This document shows positions 10,225 to 19,845 of a DNA stretch of 64,000 nt, piece by piece. Position numbers and translations under genes: made by a program. How positions within the stretch are numbered: position 1 is the first letter of the stretch; every line of letters starts with the position of its first letter. The notes beneath the pieces were generated by a model, which saw nothing but the letters and a program-made list of their open reading frames with translations, did no database searches and was not told the DNA's origin. Source of the stretch: a virus (taxonomy: Duplodnaviria; Heunggongvirae; Uroviricota; Caudoviricetes); the IMG/VR virus record IMGVR_UViG_2974624538_000001, positions 46,771-110,770 of that record. The stretch is one strand, 5' to 3'.

Positions 10225-10724
10225 TTGTTGTAGGAACAGGCCATCGGCCCGAGAAGATTACTGACAGAGATTGGCTTTTGGAGCAAATCACATATGTGTA
10301 CATGCTTGCTGGAGCCGAGAAGGTAATTCAAGGCTGCGCGGCCGGTGCGGATTTGCTGTTTGCCTATGCTGCTCATGCGATGAACATTCCGTATGTTGCG
10401 GCCAAGCCTTGGGAGAATCACAAGGCTAGAATGGGTGGCTCTTCTGGATTCAAGAATGAGGATGCTGTCGTTTATGACAAGATGATTAAGTATGCTTCTG
10501 AGGTTGTCAATGTAACTGGAGAGATTGATTATCCAGGACCGTGGGCATACTTTCGTCGTAACGAATGGATGGTTGACCAAATCACCCCGGACACTGGTAT
10601 TGTGCTGGCAGTTTGGAATGGAAAGCCAAGCGGTACCTCTCACTGCCTTGAATACGCTCAGAAGAAGGGTATCAGGGTTTTTCAGATTAATCCAGAAAGT
10701 AATGAGGTGGTTGGATGGCTGTAA
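10221..10724 (+). CDS. SLOG-family (DprA/LOG-like) Rossmann-fold protein
   Basis: VVGTGHRP, GCAAGAD and VWNGKPSGT glycine-rich motifs resemble YpsA/DprA/LOG-type nucleotide-binding folds. Confidence 0.4.
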   Translation: MIVVGTGHRPEKITDRDWLLEQITYVYMLAGAEKVIQGCAAGADLLFAYAAHAMNIPYVAAKPWENHKARMGGSSGFKNEDAVVYDKMIKYASEVVNVTGEIDYPGPWAYFRRNEWMVDQITPDTGIVLAVWNGKPSGTSHCLEYAQKKGIRVFQINPESNEVVGWL

Positions 10725-10867
10725 AAAAGCATCTGTCTAGAGCATGGCTTTATCGTCAATATATTGTTCTTAGGAGAAATGTTGACGATATTGCTGAAGA
10801 ATGCAATGTGGATAGAAGGACTATCTATCGGCAGCTAAACACTTTTCAAATCGTAAAGAAGAGGTAA

Positions 10868-11494
10868 ATGCGATATACAATTTTTAGTGTTGATAATTCA
10901 AGACAGCACTACATTGATGAAATTAAAAATCAACTACGTAATGAAGAATATGTAGAAACAGAAGTAGTTGATGGGCGGGACCCCGAACAACTTCGGGCAG
11001 CTATGAAAAAGTGGCCGTATGAAATTAAGTACGATGCCAAGGTAGGCCATCTGGGTATTTGGTACACAGTTCTTAATTCCTTGGAGTATGCTCCGCTGGT
11101 AACATTTGAGGATGACGCTCTTCTGAATGAGAATTTTATGACTGAATTCGGATGGAGAATTGGTGAGCTTCCCGGAGACACCGACTTCTTTTCTCTATTC
11201 CTTCCTCGTGACAGTGACCACATGTACACAGAAGACCTCTCTGTCGGAACATTCACATGCCGTACCTATCAAAGATACGGCGGGGTTTCCATGTTGTACA
11301 CTCAGCATGGAGCAGATATGATTAAGGAACTTCTTAAGAGGGATGGAATCACTGGACAGTACGATGACACTTTGTACATGTACTCTAAGAGTGGTGAACT
11401 AAAGGGGTATTGCTCAAAGCCGAGATACAATGATTTGGTTTACATCACTGGTACTGAAAAGAGCATTGTTCAGGAGACGGAGGATTATAGATGA
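10868..11494 (+). CDS. putative glycosyltransferase (GT25-like)
   Basis: GHLGIWYTVLNSL...FEDDALL resembles GT25 motifs; weak. Confidence 0.4.
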   Translation: MRYTIFSVDNSRQHYIDEIKNQLRNEEYVETEVVDGRDPEQLRAAMKKWPYEIKYDAKVGHLGIWYTVLNSLEYAPLVTFEDDALLNENFMTEFGWRIGELPGDTDFFSLFLPRDSDHMYTEDLSVGTFTCRTYQRYGGVSMLYTQHGADMIKELLKRDGITGQYDDTLYMYSKSGELKGYCSKPRYNDLVYITGTEKSIVQETEDYR

Positions 11495-12147
11495 GGATTT
11501 TGGTTATTGTTCCTACTCGCGGTAGGCCAGAAAATATCGTCCGGCTGGACCAGGCGATGCTTGACACCAAGGTGGATGTTGAGGTAATGTACTGTGTTGA
11601 TGAGGACGACCCGAGCCTTGCCGATTATGTAAGAACTGGCATTCCTCTGGTTATTGGTCCCCGGAAGCGACTAGTTGGCACATTGAACGATGTTGCCACT
11701 CAGTTTGCTGACGAATATGATATTGTCGGCTTCCTTGGGGATGACGTTCTTCCTAAGACCCCTCGTTGGGATAACGTGCTACGTGACAATTTCAAGTCCA
11801 ACATGGTAGCCTATGGTAATGATGGTCACCAGGGAGAGGGTCTTCCGACTGGTGTATTTTTGGATGCTCGAATCGTAACTGGTTTGGGCTACATGGTTCC
11901 GCCAACATTTATCCACTTGTTTGCGGATAATTTCTGGAAGACTCTCGGTGAGGCTCTAGGAACCCTGACATATTTGCCAGGGGTTGACATGGAGCACCTA
12001 CACCCATATGCTGGTAAGGCAGAGCACGACCAAACCTATGCAGAAGCCAACTCAGGTCCTACATGGGAAAATGATGAGCGTGCCTATAATGAGTACGTCA
12101 GGAATGACCTGGCGTTTGATGTGGAGATTTTGACACTTAATGAGTAA
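11491..12147 (+). CDS. putative glycosyltransferase (GT2-like N-terminus)
   Basis: VIVPTRGRPENI start resembles GT-A fold N-terminus. Confidence 0.35.
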   Translation: MRILVIVPTRGRPENIVRLDQAMLDTKVDVEVMYCVDEDDPSLADYVRTGIPLVIGPRKRLVGTLNDVATQFADEYDIVGFLGDDVLPKTPRWDNVLRDNFKSNMVAYGNDGHQGEGLPTGVFLDARIVTGLGYMVPPTFIHLFADNFWKTLGEALGTLTYLPGVDMEHLHPYAGKAEHDQTYAEANSGPTWENDERAYNEYVRNDLAFDVEILTLNE

Positions 12148-12592
12148 CATCGTGTACACCGGTGGAACATTTGACTTGTTCCACGAGGGTCATGTAGAGT
12201 TGCTTCGTTCGTGCAAAAGAATGGCTGGACCGGATGGAATTGTCGTTGTCTCTCTTAATACAGATGAGTTTATTAAGAGGTTCAAGATTAATCCTCCGGT
12301 CCAGACGTATCGAGAGCGAGAGGTTGTATTGACTTCTTGCCGGTATGTTGATAAGGTCGTTCCGAATGTAGGCGAAGAGAATTCTAAAATCACTATTGAG
12401 AAGTTTATGATGGACGAAAGGAAGTCCATTGATATTGTGGCGATTGGTTCTGATTGGGCTGGTCGTGACTACTATGGACAAATGGGGTTCACTAAGGCTT
12501 GGCTCGATAGTCTAGATATCATGCTTGTCTATGTAGACAGGCGAACAGGAATGTCAACTACTAAGATTAAGGATAAGTTGAGAAATGGCTGA
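12140..12592 (+). CDS. cytidylyltransferase (TagD/ADP-heptose synthase-like nucleotidyltransferase)
   Basis: GGTFDLFHEGHVELL HxGH motif. Confidence 0.7.
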   Translation: MSNIVYTGGTFDLFHEGHVELLRSCKRMAGPDGIVVVSLNTDEFIKRFKINPPVQTYREREVVLTSCRYVDKVVPNVGEENSKITIEKFMMDERKSIDIVAIGSDWAGRDYYGQMGFTKAWLDSLDIMLVYVDRRTGMSTTKIKDKLRNG

Positions 12593-12770
12593 TAAGGGCC
12601 AAGGATACGCTCCCTATCCTGAGGGAGATAATTGGACGTACCGAGGAATTCCTGTTCCTGGTCGTCTAAAGGCGACGTGGAATAATGTTTCCGGCCGGTG
12701 GTGGAGACAGGGTATTGATGACGCTCTGGATTCCATCGATGATTTTGAACAGGAGACTTTTGGACGATGA
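12585..12770 (+). CDS. hypothetical small protein
   Basis: ORF only. Confidence 0.3.
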   Translation: MADKGQGYAPYPEGDNWTYRGIPVPGRLKATWNNVSGRWWRQGIDDALDSIDDFEQETFGR

Positions 12771-13255
12771 AAGAACTTGTATTTGTTGACACTGAGACTA
12801 CGGGCCTTGATGCATCATCTGATTACCTAGTTGAACTTTCATATGCTAGGCTTGAAGGTGACATCAAGACTTTGTACTTTGGCGTTAAGGAAGTACCGGA
12901 CTTTATCGACAACCTCACCAAGTTTTACGAGCGTGGTGTCGATAAGATGCCTGAGGCCACAATGGACGAAATCAGGGAGTTTTTGGATGTAATGGAGGGC
13001 AACACAATGGTTGCCGCTAATCCTGCATTCGATAAGACTTTCCTTGAGTCTGAGGCTCTTTGGAACGCTCACTATCGAATGCTTGACATTGAGTCCTACG
13101 CTATGGCAAGATTGGGTCTAGATGAAGTTCCTTCCATGTTCAAGATTGTTCAGGAACTTGAGAAGCGAGGCTATGTCTTGACACAGCCGGACCATTCGTC
13201 ATACAATGACGTAAAGGCCCTTCGAGAGGCATACAAGATTTTGAGGTATATGTAA
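12767..13255 (+). CDS. DnaQ-like DEDDh 3'-5' exonuclease
   Basis: ExoI VFVDTETTGLD, ExoII ANPAFDKTFL, ExoIII HSSYNDVKALREAY. Confidence 0.75.
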   Translation: MKELVFVDTETTGLDASSDYLVELSYARLEGDIKTLYFGVKEVPDFIDNLTKFYERGVDKMPEATMDEIREFLDVMEGNTMVAANPAFDKTFLESEALWNAHYRMLDIESYAMARLGLDEVPSMFKIVQELEKRGYVLTQPDHSSYNDVKALREAYKILRYM

Positions 13256-13256
13256 A

Positions 13257-13805
13257 ATGATTATCGGCTTGGCTGGATACGCTAGGTCAGGTAAGGATTC
13301 GGCAGCCGATGCTCTGGAGAGCATCGGCTTTCGCCGTATTGCCTTCGCTGACAAATTGAGAGAATTCATGTATGAGATGAATCCCCCACTAAACTGTAAT
13401 GGAATGATTGCAAATTTGCGGGATGTAATCGATAGGTACGGATGGAATGGGTACAAAGATACAATTTGGGCTCAGGATATCAGAAGGTGGATGCAGGTAG
13501 TTGGTACTAACTGTGTTCGCGGTATTCTCGGAAATGAAATTTGGGCGGATGCCACATTCAACTCCATGCATATGAATAGGAATTATGTAGTGACGGATGT
13601 TCGCTTCGTTAACGAGGCTAATGGCATTAGACAGCGTGGCGGAAGAATGTATAGGATTGTTCGAGAGGGTGTTGGTCCTGCGAACAACCATGTTTCTGAA
13701 ACCGCCCTGGATAATTATGATTATGATGGATTCATTCATAATGATGGCTCTCTTGAGGAATTTCATGATAGTGTAAGGAGAAGGATTCTTGAGGGTAGGA
13801 TTTGA
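13257..13805 (+). CDS. deoxynucleoside monophosphate kinase (T4 gp1-like)
   Basis: GLAGYARSGKDSAAD P-loop resembling the T4 dNMP kinase N-terminus. Confidence 0.55.
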   Translation: MIIGLAGYARSGKDSAADALESIGFRRIAFADKLREFMYEMNPPLNCNGMIANLRDVIDRYGWNGYKDTIWAQDIRRWMQVVGTNCVRGILGNEIWADATFNSMHMNRNYVVTDVRFVNEANGIRQRGGRMYRIVREGVGPANNHVSETALDNYDYDGFIHNDGSLEEFHDSVRRRILEGRI

Positions 13806-14358
13806 TATCGATGGCGTAATGTACGATTTCGCTGAATCTCTTCGCCAATACATGAGGTACTTTGGTTATGACAAGAGGTACAAGATGTGTGAGGGTGAAG
13901 TTAGCGAATGGTACTTTTACCGTCATTGGGGCATGACAGACAGTGAGTTCGTAAACCACTGTCACAAGGGTGTGGACGCGGGCTTCGTTTTCGCTCATGG
14001 AGGCACCCGTGACAATTCTTCTGACGCTGTGAGATTTGTGAAGGACCTGGGTCACTCGGTTCATATCATTACGGACAGGAGTTTTGGCAGCACCCCAGAG
14101 CGTTCTCATTTCGCCACGAAGCAGTGGCTCTATCTGAACGATATTCCGTATGATACGATTGACTTCTCTGCTGACAAGACGTGTCGAGAGACTGACATGT
14201 TCATTGAGGACAAGTTGGAGAACTATGATGCCCTTGTTGCGGCGGGTGTTGACTGCTATCTTGTAAATCGACCGTGGAACATGGTTCCTGGAGACAACAG
14301 GAAGCGCATCAAGAGTATTCAGGAGTATGCTACAATTATTGGAAATCTTAGTGTTTGA
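13789..14358 (+). CDS. HAD-family 5'(3')-deoxyribonucleotidase
   Basis: FDIDGVMYDF HAD motif I; NT5C-like layout. Confidence 0.6.
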   Translation: MRVGFDIDGVMYDFAESLRQYMRYFGYDKRYKMCEGEVSEWYFYRHWGMTDSEFVNHCHKGVDAGFVFAHGGTRDNSSDAVRFVKDLGHSVHIITDRSFGSTPERSHFATKQWLYLNDIPYDTIDFSADKTCRETDMFIEDKLENYDALVAAGVDCYLVNRPWNMVPGDNRKRIKSIQEYATIIGNLSV

Positions 14359-14401
14359 CTTTTTGGTTGACTAAGATTACAATTGTTTTAGAAAGGATAA
14401 T

Positions 14402-14578
14402 ATGCCAATTTATACATACTGGTGTCAGTGTTGTGACGATGACCAGGAAAAGATTGTAAGCATCGCAGAGCGTGATAGCCAGAAGTGTGAGTCTTGTGGT
14501 AACAGGCTTATTCGCGCTATTGACCGTCCTGGTGGCGTTTGGGCTCCAACTAGTACAAGTGGGGGTTTGAAGGTATAA
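14402..14578 (+). CDS. FmdB-type zinc-ribbon small protein
   Basis: YWCQCCD...CESCGNRL paired CxxC, 58 aa (below the ORF-track cutoff). Confidence 0.35.
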   Translation: MPIYTYWCQCCDDDQEKIVSIAERDSQKCESCGNRLIRAIDRPGGVWAPTSTSGGLKV

Positions 14579-14883
14579 TGGCACCAAGGACCAAAAATGT
14601 TGCTAACGCAGATGCGTGGTGGCAGCAGGCATATCAGAACCATCCAGACATTGAGGCTTCATTTGAGTATGAACATAATGGAGACACAATGGTTCCTGGA
14701 ACAAAATTCAAGGTAAAGTACCACAGAGGAGAGTTTAAGTTTCGCTGCCTTGCGACTAACACAAAGACCGGAAAGGTCTGGATTGATTGCATGGAAGTAG
14801 GTTCGGCTTTTAGGTCGTTCTATCCAGAAGCAATCAAGGGTGTCGTAAAGCCTAAGCGTAGGCGACGAACAAAGAAGGTATGA
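14578..14883 (+). CDS. hypothetical protein (basic C-terminus)
   Basis: ORF. Confidence 0.45.
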   Translation: MAPRTKNVANADAWWQQAYQNHPDIEASFEYEHNGDTMVPGTKFKVKYHRGEFKFRCLATNTKTGKVWIDCMEVGSAFRSFYPEAIKGVVKPKRRRRTKKV

Positions 14884-15098
14884 GACGGTTTAATCTCGTA
14901 AGAAATGAAGATGAGACCGGTGTTTCTGGCACCGGTACCGTCGCACAGGGAGTCCAGTTTGATGATGGAACTTGTGCGATGCGATGGCTTACCGAATTTT
15001 CAAGTACAGCTCTGTACAATAACATTGTTGAACTTGAGAAGATTCATGGTCATGGCGGTAAGACAGTAATTGAATGGATTGATACGGTAAATGTCTAA
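14880..15098 (+). CDS. hypothetical protein
   Basis: ORF. Confidence 0.4.
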   Translation: MRRFNLVRNEDETGVSGTGTVAQGVQFDDGTCAMRWLTEFSSTALYNNIVELEKIHGHGGKTVIEWIDTVNV

Positions 15099-15633
15099 CG
15101 AAATTGAATTGCTTGATAGATATGAGCAAATCAATAAGGTAGCCCAGCTATATATTAAGGGCACAACCAACCCAACTACTATTGCTAAGGAGTTGGGCAT
15201 TAAGCGTGCTGAAGCACTCGACCTTATTTCCGAATGGCGCGAAATTGCACGGGAAAATGATGACATCAAGGAACAGGCTGCGGAGGCATTGCAGGCTGGT
15301 ATTCAGCACTATTCCATGATTGTTGAGCGTTTCTGGGAAACCGTCGAACAGGCAGATACCAACCAGGATTACAAGACAAAGAATGCTGTTCTGAAGAATA
15401 TTGCTGACGTTGAAGCCAAGAAGATTGATATGCTTCAAAAGGCGGGTCTTTATGATGACGCTGCAATTGGTGACGAGCTTGCTGAGATGGAAGAAAAGCA
15501 GGCTATCCTCATCAATATTCTAAAGGAAGTCACAAGCGATTGTGAGCATTGTAAGTATGAAGTTGCACGACGCTTGTCCAAGGTGACAGGCAAGACTGAA
15601 CCAGTGACACTTGCTGGGGAGGTGGAAAGCTGA
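15091..15633 (+). CDS. putative terminase small subunit
   Basis: HTH-like N-terminus (TIAKELGIKRAEALDLI) and position immediately upstream of the large terminase. Confidence 0.4.
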   Translation: MSNEIELLDRYEQINKVAQLYIKGTTNPTTIAKELGIKRAEALDLISEWREIARENDDIKEQAAEALQAGIQHYSMIVERFWETVEQADTNQDYKTKNAVLKNIADVEAKKIDMLQKAGLYDDAAIGDELAEMEEKQAILINILKEVTSDCEHCKYEVARRLSKVTGKTEPVTLAGEVES

Positions 15634-15676
15634 TACCCTGTCCTCCGTAAGGAGGGCGGGGCTATTGGCGTTTCTC

Positions 15677-17488
15677 ATGTCATTCGATTTTAATGACCTA
15701 CTAAATATTCTGGACGGTGAAGAATTTGAAGAGCGTCCAGTCACCATTGAAGAATTTGTGCAGTCTGAGGATTACCTCGGGCTACCACCACTGTCAAAGT
15801 ATCAGTACACCCTAATCAAAGCTTCTACACAGATTTACAAGCGCGAAACGCTGCACAACCTGTATGGTTTCGAAGAGGGGGAGAAGCGATGGTCTCAGAC
15901 ATGTAACGAGGTTATCTTCCAGCTAGGCAAGGGAAGTGGTAAGGACTATACGTCAACCATCGCCTGTGCCTACATCGTGTATCTGCTGCTGTGTCTAAAG
16001 GACCCGGCCAAGTATTATGGCAAGCCTCCCGGTGACACCATCGATATTTTGAACATCGCTATTAACGCTCAGCAGGCCACGAACGTCTTCTTCAAGGGCT
16101 TTAAGAACCGCATTGAGCGCTCACCTTGGTTCATCGGAAAGTACGACATCAAGAATGGTCAGGTAACCTTTGATAAGAACGTCAACGTTTATTCCGGTCA
16201 CTCTGAGCGCGAGGCTTGGGAAGGATATAACGTAATTTACGTTGTTCTTGACGAGATTTCCGGTTTTGCTCTTGAGTCTACTTCTGGAAATGAACAGGCA
16301 AAGACGGCTGAGGCTGTGTATAAGATGTATAGGGCTTCAGTTTCATCACGATTCCCTGACTTTGGTAAGCTGGTTTTGCTTTCGTTCCCTCGTTTCCGAG
16401 ACGACTTTATTCAGCAGCGTTACAAGGCTGTTATTGCCGAGAAGGAAACAATTATTCGCAAGCACACATTTAAGCTTGACCCCGAGCTTCCTGACGATAC
16501 AGAAGGAAATGAATTCTCTATCGAATGGGAAGAGGACAACATTATCTCATACAAGACGCCTAGGGTTTATGCCCTTAAGCGTCCTACATGGGAAGTTAAT
16601 CCTACAAAGTCAATCGATGACTTTACTCGTGATTTCTTTGATGACCCTATTGATAGTCTATCCAGATTCGCATGTATGCCACCTGATGCTATCGACGCGT
16701 TCTTCAAGGACCGGGCCAAGATTGAGACAGCGTTTAATTCTCAGAGCACGCTAAACGATGACAACACCTTCCGTCCAAACTTTATTCCGGACTCGGAGAA
16801 GCGTTATTACGTCCACGTGGACCTTGCTCGTGTCCACGACCATGCGGCGGTTGCTCTGGCTCACGTAGAAAAGTGGGAGCAGAGAAATATTGGTGGTAAG
16901 ATGACAGAACCAGCACCGGTTGTAGTTGTTGACCAAGTGAGATACTGGACTCCGAGCAAGACGAAGAACGTAGACTTTACTGAGATTCGTGAATATATCC
17001 TGAGTCTCAAGCGTCGTGGGTTCAATATTCGTCTCGTCACATTTGACCGCTGGGAGTCTCACGACACTATGGAGTATTTGAAGGAGCGTGGATTGAATTC
17101 CGAGCGGCTATCTGTAGCAAAGAAGCACTATGAGGACTTTGCTATGGTAGTAGCAGAGGAAAGACTTGTCGGCCCTAAGATTGAATTGCTTATTGAAGAG
17201 CTTCTACAGCTTAGGATTATGAAGAATGACAAGGTTGACCACCCAAGAAAGGGCTCAAAGGACTTGGCGGATGCTGTTTGTGGTGCAATTTACAATGCTA
17301 TCGCACATACGCCACGAAATCTAGATGAGGTTGTTGAGGTTAAGACTCTAGAATCTGTACGGCAAGAGGTCAGGCGGAATAGCATTGAAGACTATGAACA
17401 GATGAAGAAGGATGGCGTGATTCGTGCTCCAAAGAGGCAGATGCCGAAGGAGCTTGAAGAGTACCTTGCCAGAATCTCCACAATCTGA
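15677..17488 (+). CDS. terminase large subunit
   Basis: Walker B VVLDEISGF; C-terminal nuclease motifs VHVDLARVHDHAAV and DLADAVCGAIYNA; ORF track begins at a TTG (15611), so start is uncertain. Confidence 0.75.
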   Translation: MSFDFNDLLNILDGEEFEERPVTIEEFVQSEDYLGLPPLSKYQYTLIKASTQIYKRETLHNLYGFEEGEKRWSQTCNEVIFQLGKGSGKDYTSTIACAYIVYLLLCLKDPAKYYGKPPGDTIDILNIAINAQQATNVFFKGFKNRIERSPWFIGKYDIKNGQVTFDKNVNVYSGHSEREAWEGYNVIYVVLDEISGFALESTSGNEQAKTAEAVYKMYRASVSSRFPDFGKLVLLSFPRFRDDFIQQRYKAVIAEKETIIRKHTFKLDPELPDDTEGNEFSIEWEEDNIISYKTPRVYALKRPTWEVNPTKSIDDFTRDFFDDPIDSLSRFACMPPDAIDAFFKDRAKIETAFNSQSTLNDDNTFRPNFIPDSEKRYYVHVDLARVHDHAAVALAHVEKWEQRNIGGKMTEPAPVVVVDQVRYWTPSKTKNVDFTEIREYILSLKRRGFNIRLVTFDRWESHDTMEYLKERGLNSERLSVAKKHYEDFAMVVAEERLVGPKIELLIEELLQLRIMKNDKVDHPRKGSKDLADAVCGAIYNAIAHTPRNLDEVVEVKTLESVRQEVRRNSIEDYEQMKKDGVIRAPKRQMPKELEEYLARISTI

Positions 17489-17491
17489 CTC

Positions 17492-17521
17492 TTGACAGCA
17501 TCCTAGGAGAGGAGTTAGAAT
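17492..17521 (+). promoter_or_regulatory. sigma70-like promoter TTGACA-N18-TAGAAT
   Basis: seen directly downstream of the terminase stop. Confidence 0.4.
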
Positions 17522-17553
17522 AGAAACTAATTAAAACAATTAGTAGCAAAGAG

Positions 17554-17793
17554 ATGAAGATTACTCTAGTTAATACTAATGAAGTATGTGAATGCGTGGG
17601 CAAGCACATCCCGAAGCCCAACAAGCTCTATCGGGTTGACTATGCTGATGGTCAGGTGTACGTTTGTCCTACTGCCTACGCAAATCTTGTAGCTCTTGAA
17701 GAAGAGTACACAAGATACGGCGGACTTCCGCCCGGCTCTGTTCGTAAGCACTATTCGGAGTTCACGCACAACCTTTACAGGCTCTTGACATGA
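17554..17793 (+). CDS. hypothetical protein
   Basis: ORF, CxC pairs. Confidence 0.4.
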   Translation: MKITLVNTNEVCECVGKHIPKPNKLYRVDYADGQVYVCPTAYANLVALEEEYTRYGGLPPGSVRKHYSEFTHNLYRLLT

Positions 17794-17848
17794 GAGTCAG
17801 TGCTGAGTTAAGCTTCTAAGCATCAGTTAACGAACGAAGGGAAACAAA

Positions 17849-18130
17849 ATGTCCACCGTTGAAGAGCGTTTCGAGCTTGCTAAGGGTGCCGTTGAGGCGG
17901 TTGCCAAGGTTACGAAGGACATGCACGCTATCGGTGTGTATGACGAGCCTGAGTACAAGGCAGCAGCAGTCTTGCTTATCACCCTGACTCGTGCTATGGT
18001 TGTTCTCGACCCTGAGAAGACAAGGGAGTACAGCAAGGAGTCTCTTGAGGCTGCTAAGACTGACATTCTCGCTCAGCGTCCTGAGCTTGCGAGTCTTTTT
18101 GATGGTAAGGGTCTTGGCCAGTACCTCTGA
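17849..18130 (+). CDS. hypothetical protein
   Basis: ORF with GAAGGGAAAC RBS. Confidence 0.5.
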   Translation: MSTVEERFELAKGAVEAVAKVTKDMHAIGVYDEPEYKAAAVLLITLTRAMVVLDPEKTREYSKESLEAAKTDILAQRPELASLFDGKGLGQYL

Positions 18131-18211
18131 TTGCACAAATCGGGGGGTTATGGTAGACTAAAAACATGAGAGGCCAGGTCCGGATAGGGTTCGGTCACCA
18201 GCTTCTCACCT

Positions 18212-18282
18212 GTGGGTATAGTGAAGTGGTATAACGGGTGTTTTGGGAACATCTGACGTCGGTTCGATTCCGGCTACCCGCA
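18212..18282 (+). tRNA. tRNA-Pro(TGG), probable (imperfect D-stem)
   Basis: acceptor GTGGGTA/TACCCGC, anticodon arm GGTGT-TTTGGGA-ACATC, T-arm GTCGG-TTCGATT-CCGGC. Confidence 0.45.
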
Positions 18283-18450
18283 CGATGGGGAATGTAGAAG
18301 CTCTCCAGGAGTATCGAAGGACGTAACCTGAGGATACGAAAACGCTAGACGGCAGACGTGCTACGAACTAGTGTGTCGCTTCTACAAGCTTATTCAATGC
18401 GCATTGAAGAACCTCGGTATAGGCACACCGGGCGAAATAAGTGCCTGCCT

Positions 18451-18525
18451 CGGGATATAGCTCAGCTTGGTCAGAGCGCTGCATTTGGGATGCAGAAGTC
18501 GTCAGTTCGAATCTGACTATCCCGA
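18451..18525 (+). tRNA. tRNA-Pro(TGG)
   Basis: acceptor CGGGATA/TATCCCG, D-arm GCTC-AGCTTGGTCA-GAGC, anticodon arm CTGCA-TTTGGGA-TGCAG, T-arm GTCAG-TTCGAAT-CTGAC. Confidence 0.7.
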
Positions 18526-18557
18526 CTCTCAATAAATTGCCATGCGAGGAAAGAGAT

Positions 18558-19079
18558 ATGAATGACATAATGACGCGCGAGGACCTAATCCTTGCGATTG
18601 AGGCTAGAGACGGTTTAGACTGTTTCTTGTGTAAGAAGCCATTTTCTAAGGATATAAACAGTGAATGGCATGAGGTAACCATTGACCACTGGTACCCACA
18701 GTCTGTAGCATATGCAGAAGGATGGACCTATGAGCAGGTCAATGACCTTTCGAACCTTAGGAAGGCTCACAGACCTTGCAATACTCAAAAGAGTGATATT
18801 GTTCCCAATCCAGATGGAACGCTTCCTGAGCGTCCAAAGAAGGATAGAACAATCAGGGTTCCTCGTCCAGTGTCATGTGATACCTGCATGAATGGCAGAA
18901 TTCTTCTTCTCGGAGAATTCTGCCCGGATTGTAATTCTGGACCACAACCGGCTGCATTCCCTAAGACGCTTCAGAAGCGACCAAAGGAATGTGACCACAG
19001 TAAGTTTCACTGTTGGATGTGTGTTATCGGACACATACCACGTAAAAGTGCTATCCAAGCAATAATAATTGGAGATTAA
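18558..19079 (+). CDS. HNH endonuclease
   Basis: HEVTIDHWYPQS...NLRKAHRPCNTQK HNH motif and C-terminal Cys cluster; the longer 18441 ORF start overlaps a tRNA, so the ATG at 18558 (RBS GAGGAAAGAG) is used. Confidence 0.6.
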   Translation: MNDIMTREDLILAIEARDGLDCFLCKKPFSKDINSEWHEVTIDHWYPQSVAYAEGWTYEQVNDLSNLRKAHRPCNTQKSDIVPNPDGTLPERPKKDRTIRVPRPVSCDTCMNGRILLLGEFCPDCNSGPQPAAFPKTLQKRPKECDHSKFHCWMCVIGHIPRKSAIQAIIIGD

Positions 19080-19438
19080 TGTCTGAGTGGGATTGGCCAC
19101 TTGAGTCATTTAAGGATGAGCCTGACAAGATTGAGAAGCATTATGCTGAACGAGCTAAGTCAGGCTTTTCCACATTTGACTGGTGGAATTTTGATACGTA
19201 CATTGCTGGTGTTATTGGCCGGGCTGTGAGAGAATTCTCAGATGGTCACGGATACCATAGTGACTTCAGCAACATGGAAGATTTTGCGGAGTTCTGCAAG
19301 ACAATCTACGAACCCCTTGAGTTTTACGCTAGCAGGGAATACAGTAGACTTAAGTTTGACGAACAGGCAGTCAAGTATGAAGAGGCTGTCGAAGCAATGA
19401 AGAAGTTTTCCGAGCGTCTAGGCGCTTGGTGGGACTGA
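19079..19438 (+). CDS. hypothetical protein
   Basis: ORF, start overlaps upstream stop. Confidence 0.5.
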   Translation: MSEWDWPLESFKDEPDKIEKHYAERAKSGFSTFDWWNFDTYIAGVIGRAVREFSDGHGYHSDFSNMEDFAEFCKTIYEPLEFYASREYSRLKFDEQAVKYEEAVEAMKKFSERLGAWWD

Positions 19439-19439
19439 C

Positions 19440-19469
19440 TTGACAACCCCAGTCGTCAAGTGGTAAGGT
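19440..19469 (+). promoter_or_regulatory. sigma70-like promoter TTGACA-N18-TAAGGT with -35 inside inverted repeat TTGAC...GTCAA
   Basis: seen immediately upstream of the tRNA-like/Y RNA cluster. Confidence 0.35.
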
Positions 19470-19516
19470 AGTAACACGTCAGAAGCCTTCGGAAGACGTT
19501 AAAACATCCGGGCTCT

Positions 19517-19590
19517 TGCTCGCTAGCACAATTGGCAGTTGCACTCCGCTCTGGACGGAGAGGTTCCAGGTTCGAATCCTGGGCGGGCAG
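19517..19590 (+). tRNA. tRNA-like element, possibly tRNA-Gln(CTG) (non-canonical D-arm)
   Basis: acceptor TGCTCGC/GCGGGCA, anticodon arm CTCCG-CTCTGGA-CGGAG, T-arm CCAGG-TTCGAAT-CCTGG; flanked by an ATATCC motif. Confidence 0.4.
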
Positions 19591-19642
19591 CAATTGGGTT
19601 AAGGACATATCCATCGGTGAGAATCCGTAAAAACTGTCCCAT

Positions 19643-19713
19643 ATCTCAGAGCGTAGGTTGTGTCGGTCGGTCTCCAAAACCGACTCGTGAGAGTTCGAAT
19701 CTCTCCTGGGGTG
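19643..19713 (+). tRNA. tRNA-like element, possibly tRNA-Trp(CCA) (D-arm does not fold canonically)
   Basis: acceptor ATCTCAG/CTGGGGT (wobble-rich), anticodon arm TCGGT-CTCCAAA-ACCGA, T-arm GAGAG-TTCGAAT-CTCTC. Confidence 0.4.
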
Positions 19714-19845
19714 CTTGACTTCCAAGTCTTGGAGGTGCTACGATGGTATACAAGTTGAAGGCATTGTTCTTCAAGTTCCGCCCGGTGGTTGACAAGCTGC
19801 TGAGTAGATGGTACGTTAGAAGAACAAAGTAAGCAGCAAGCTTTC

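Noticed and set aside
15611-15676. Upstream TTG start for the large terminase
   Set aside because: The ORF track begins at a TTG overlapping the upstream gene. The ATG at 15677 is preferred, although its RBS spacing (~21 nt) is long, so either start is possible.
18441-18557. N-terminal extension of the HNH endonuclease ORF
   Set aside because: The extension overlaps tRNA-Pro (18451-18525). The internal ATG at 18558 has an RBS and begins the HNH domain.
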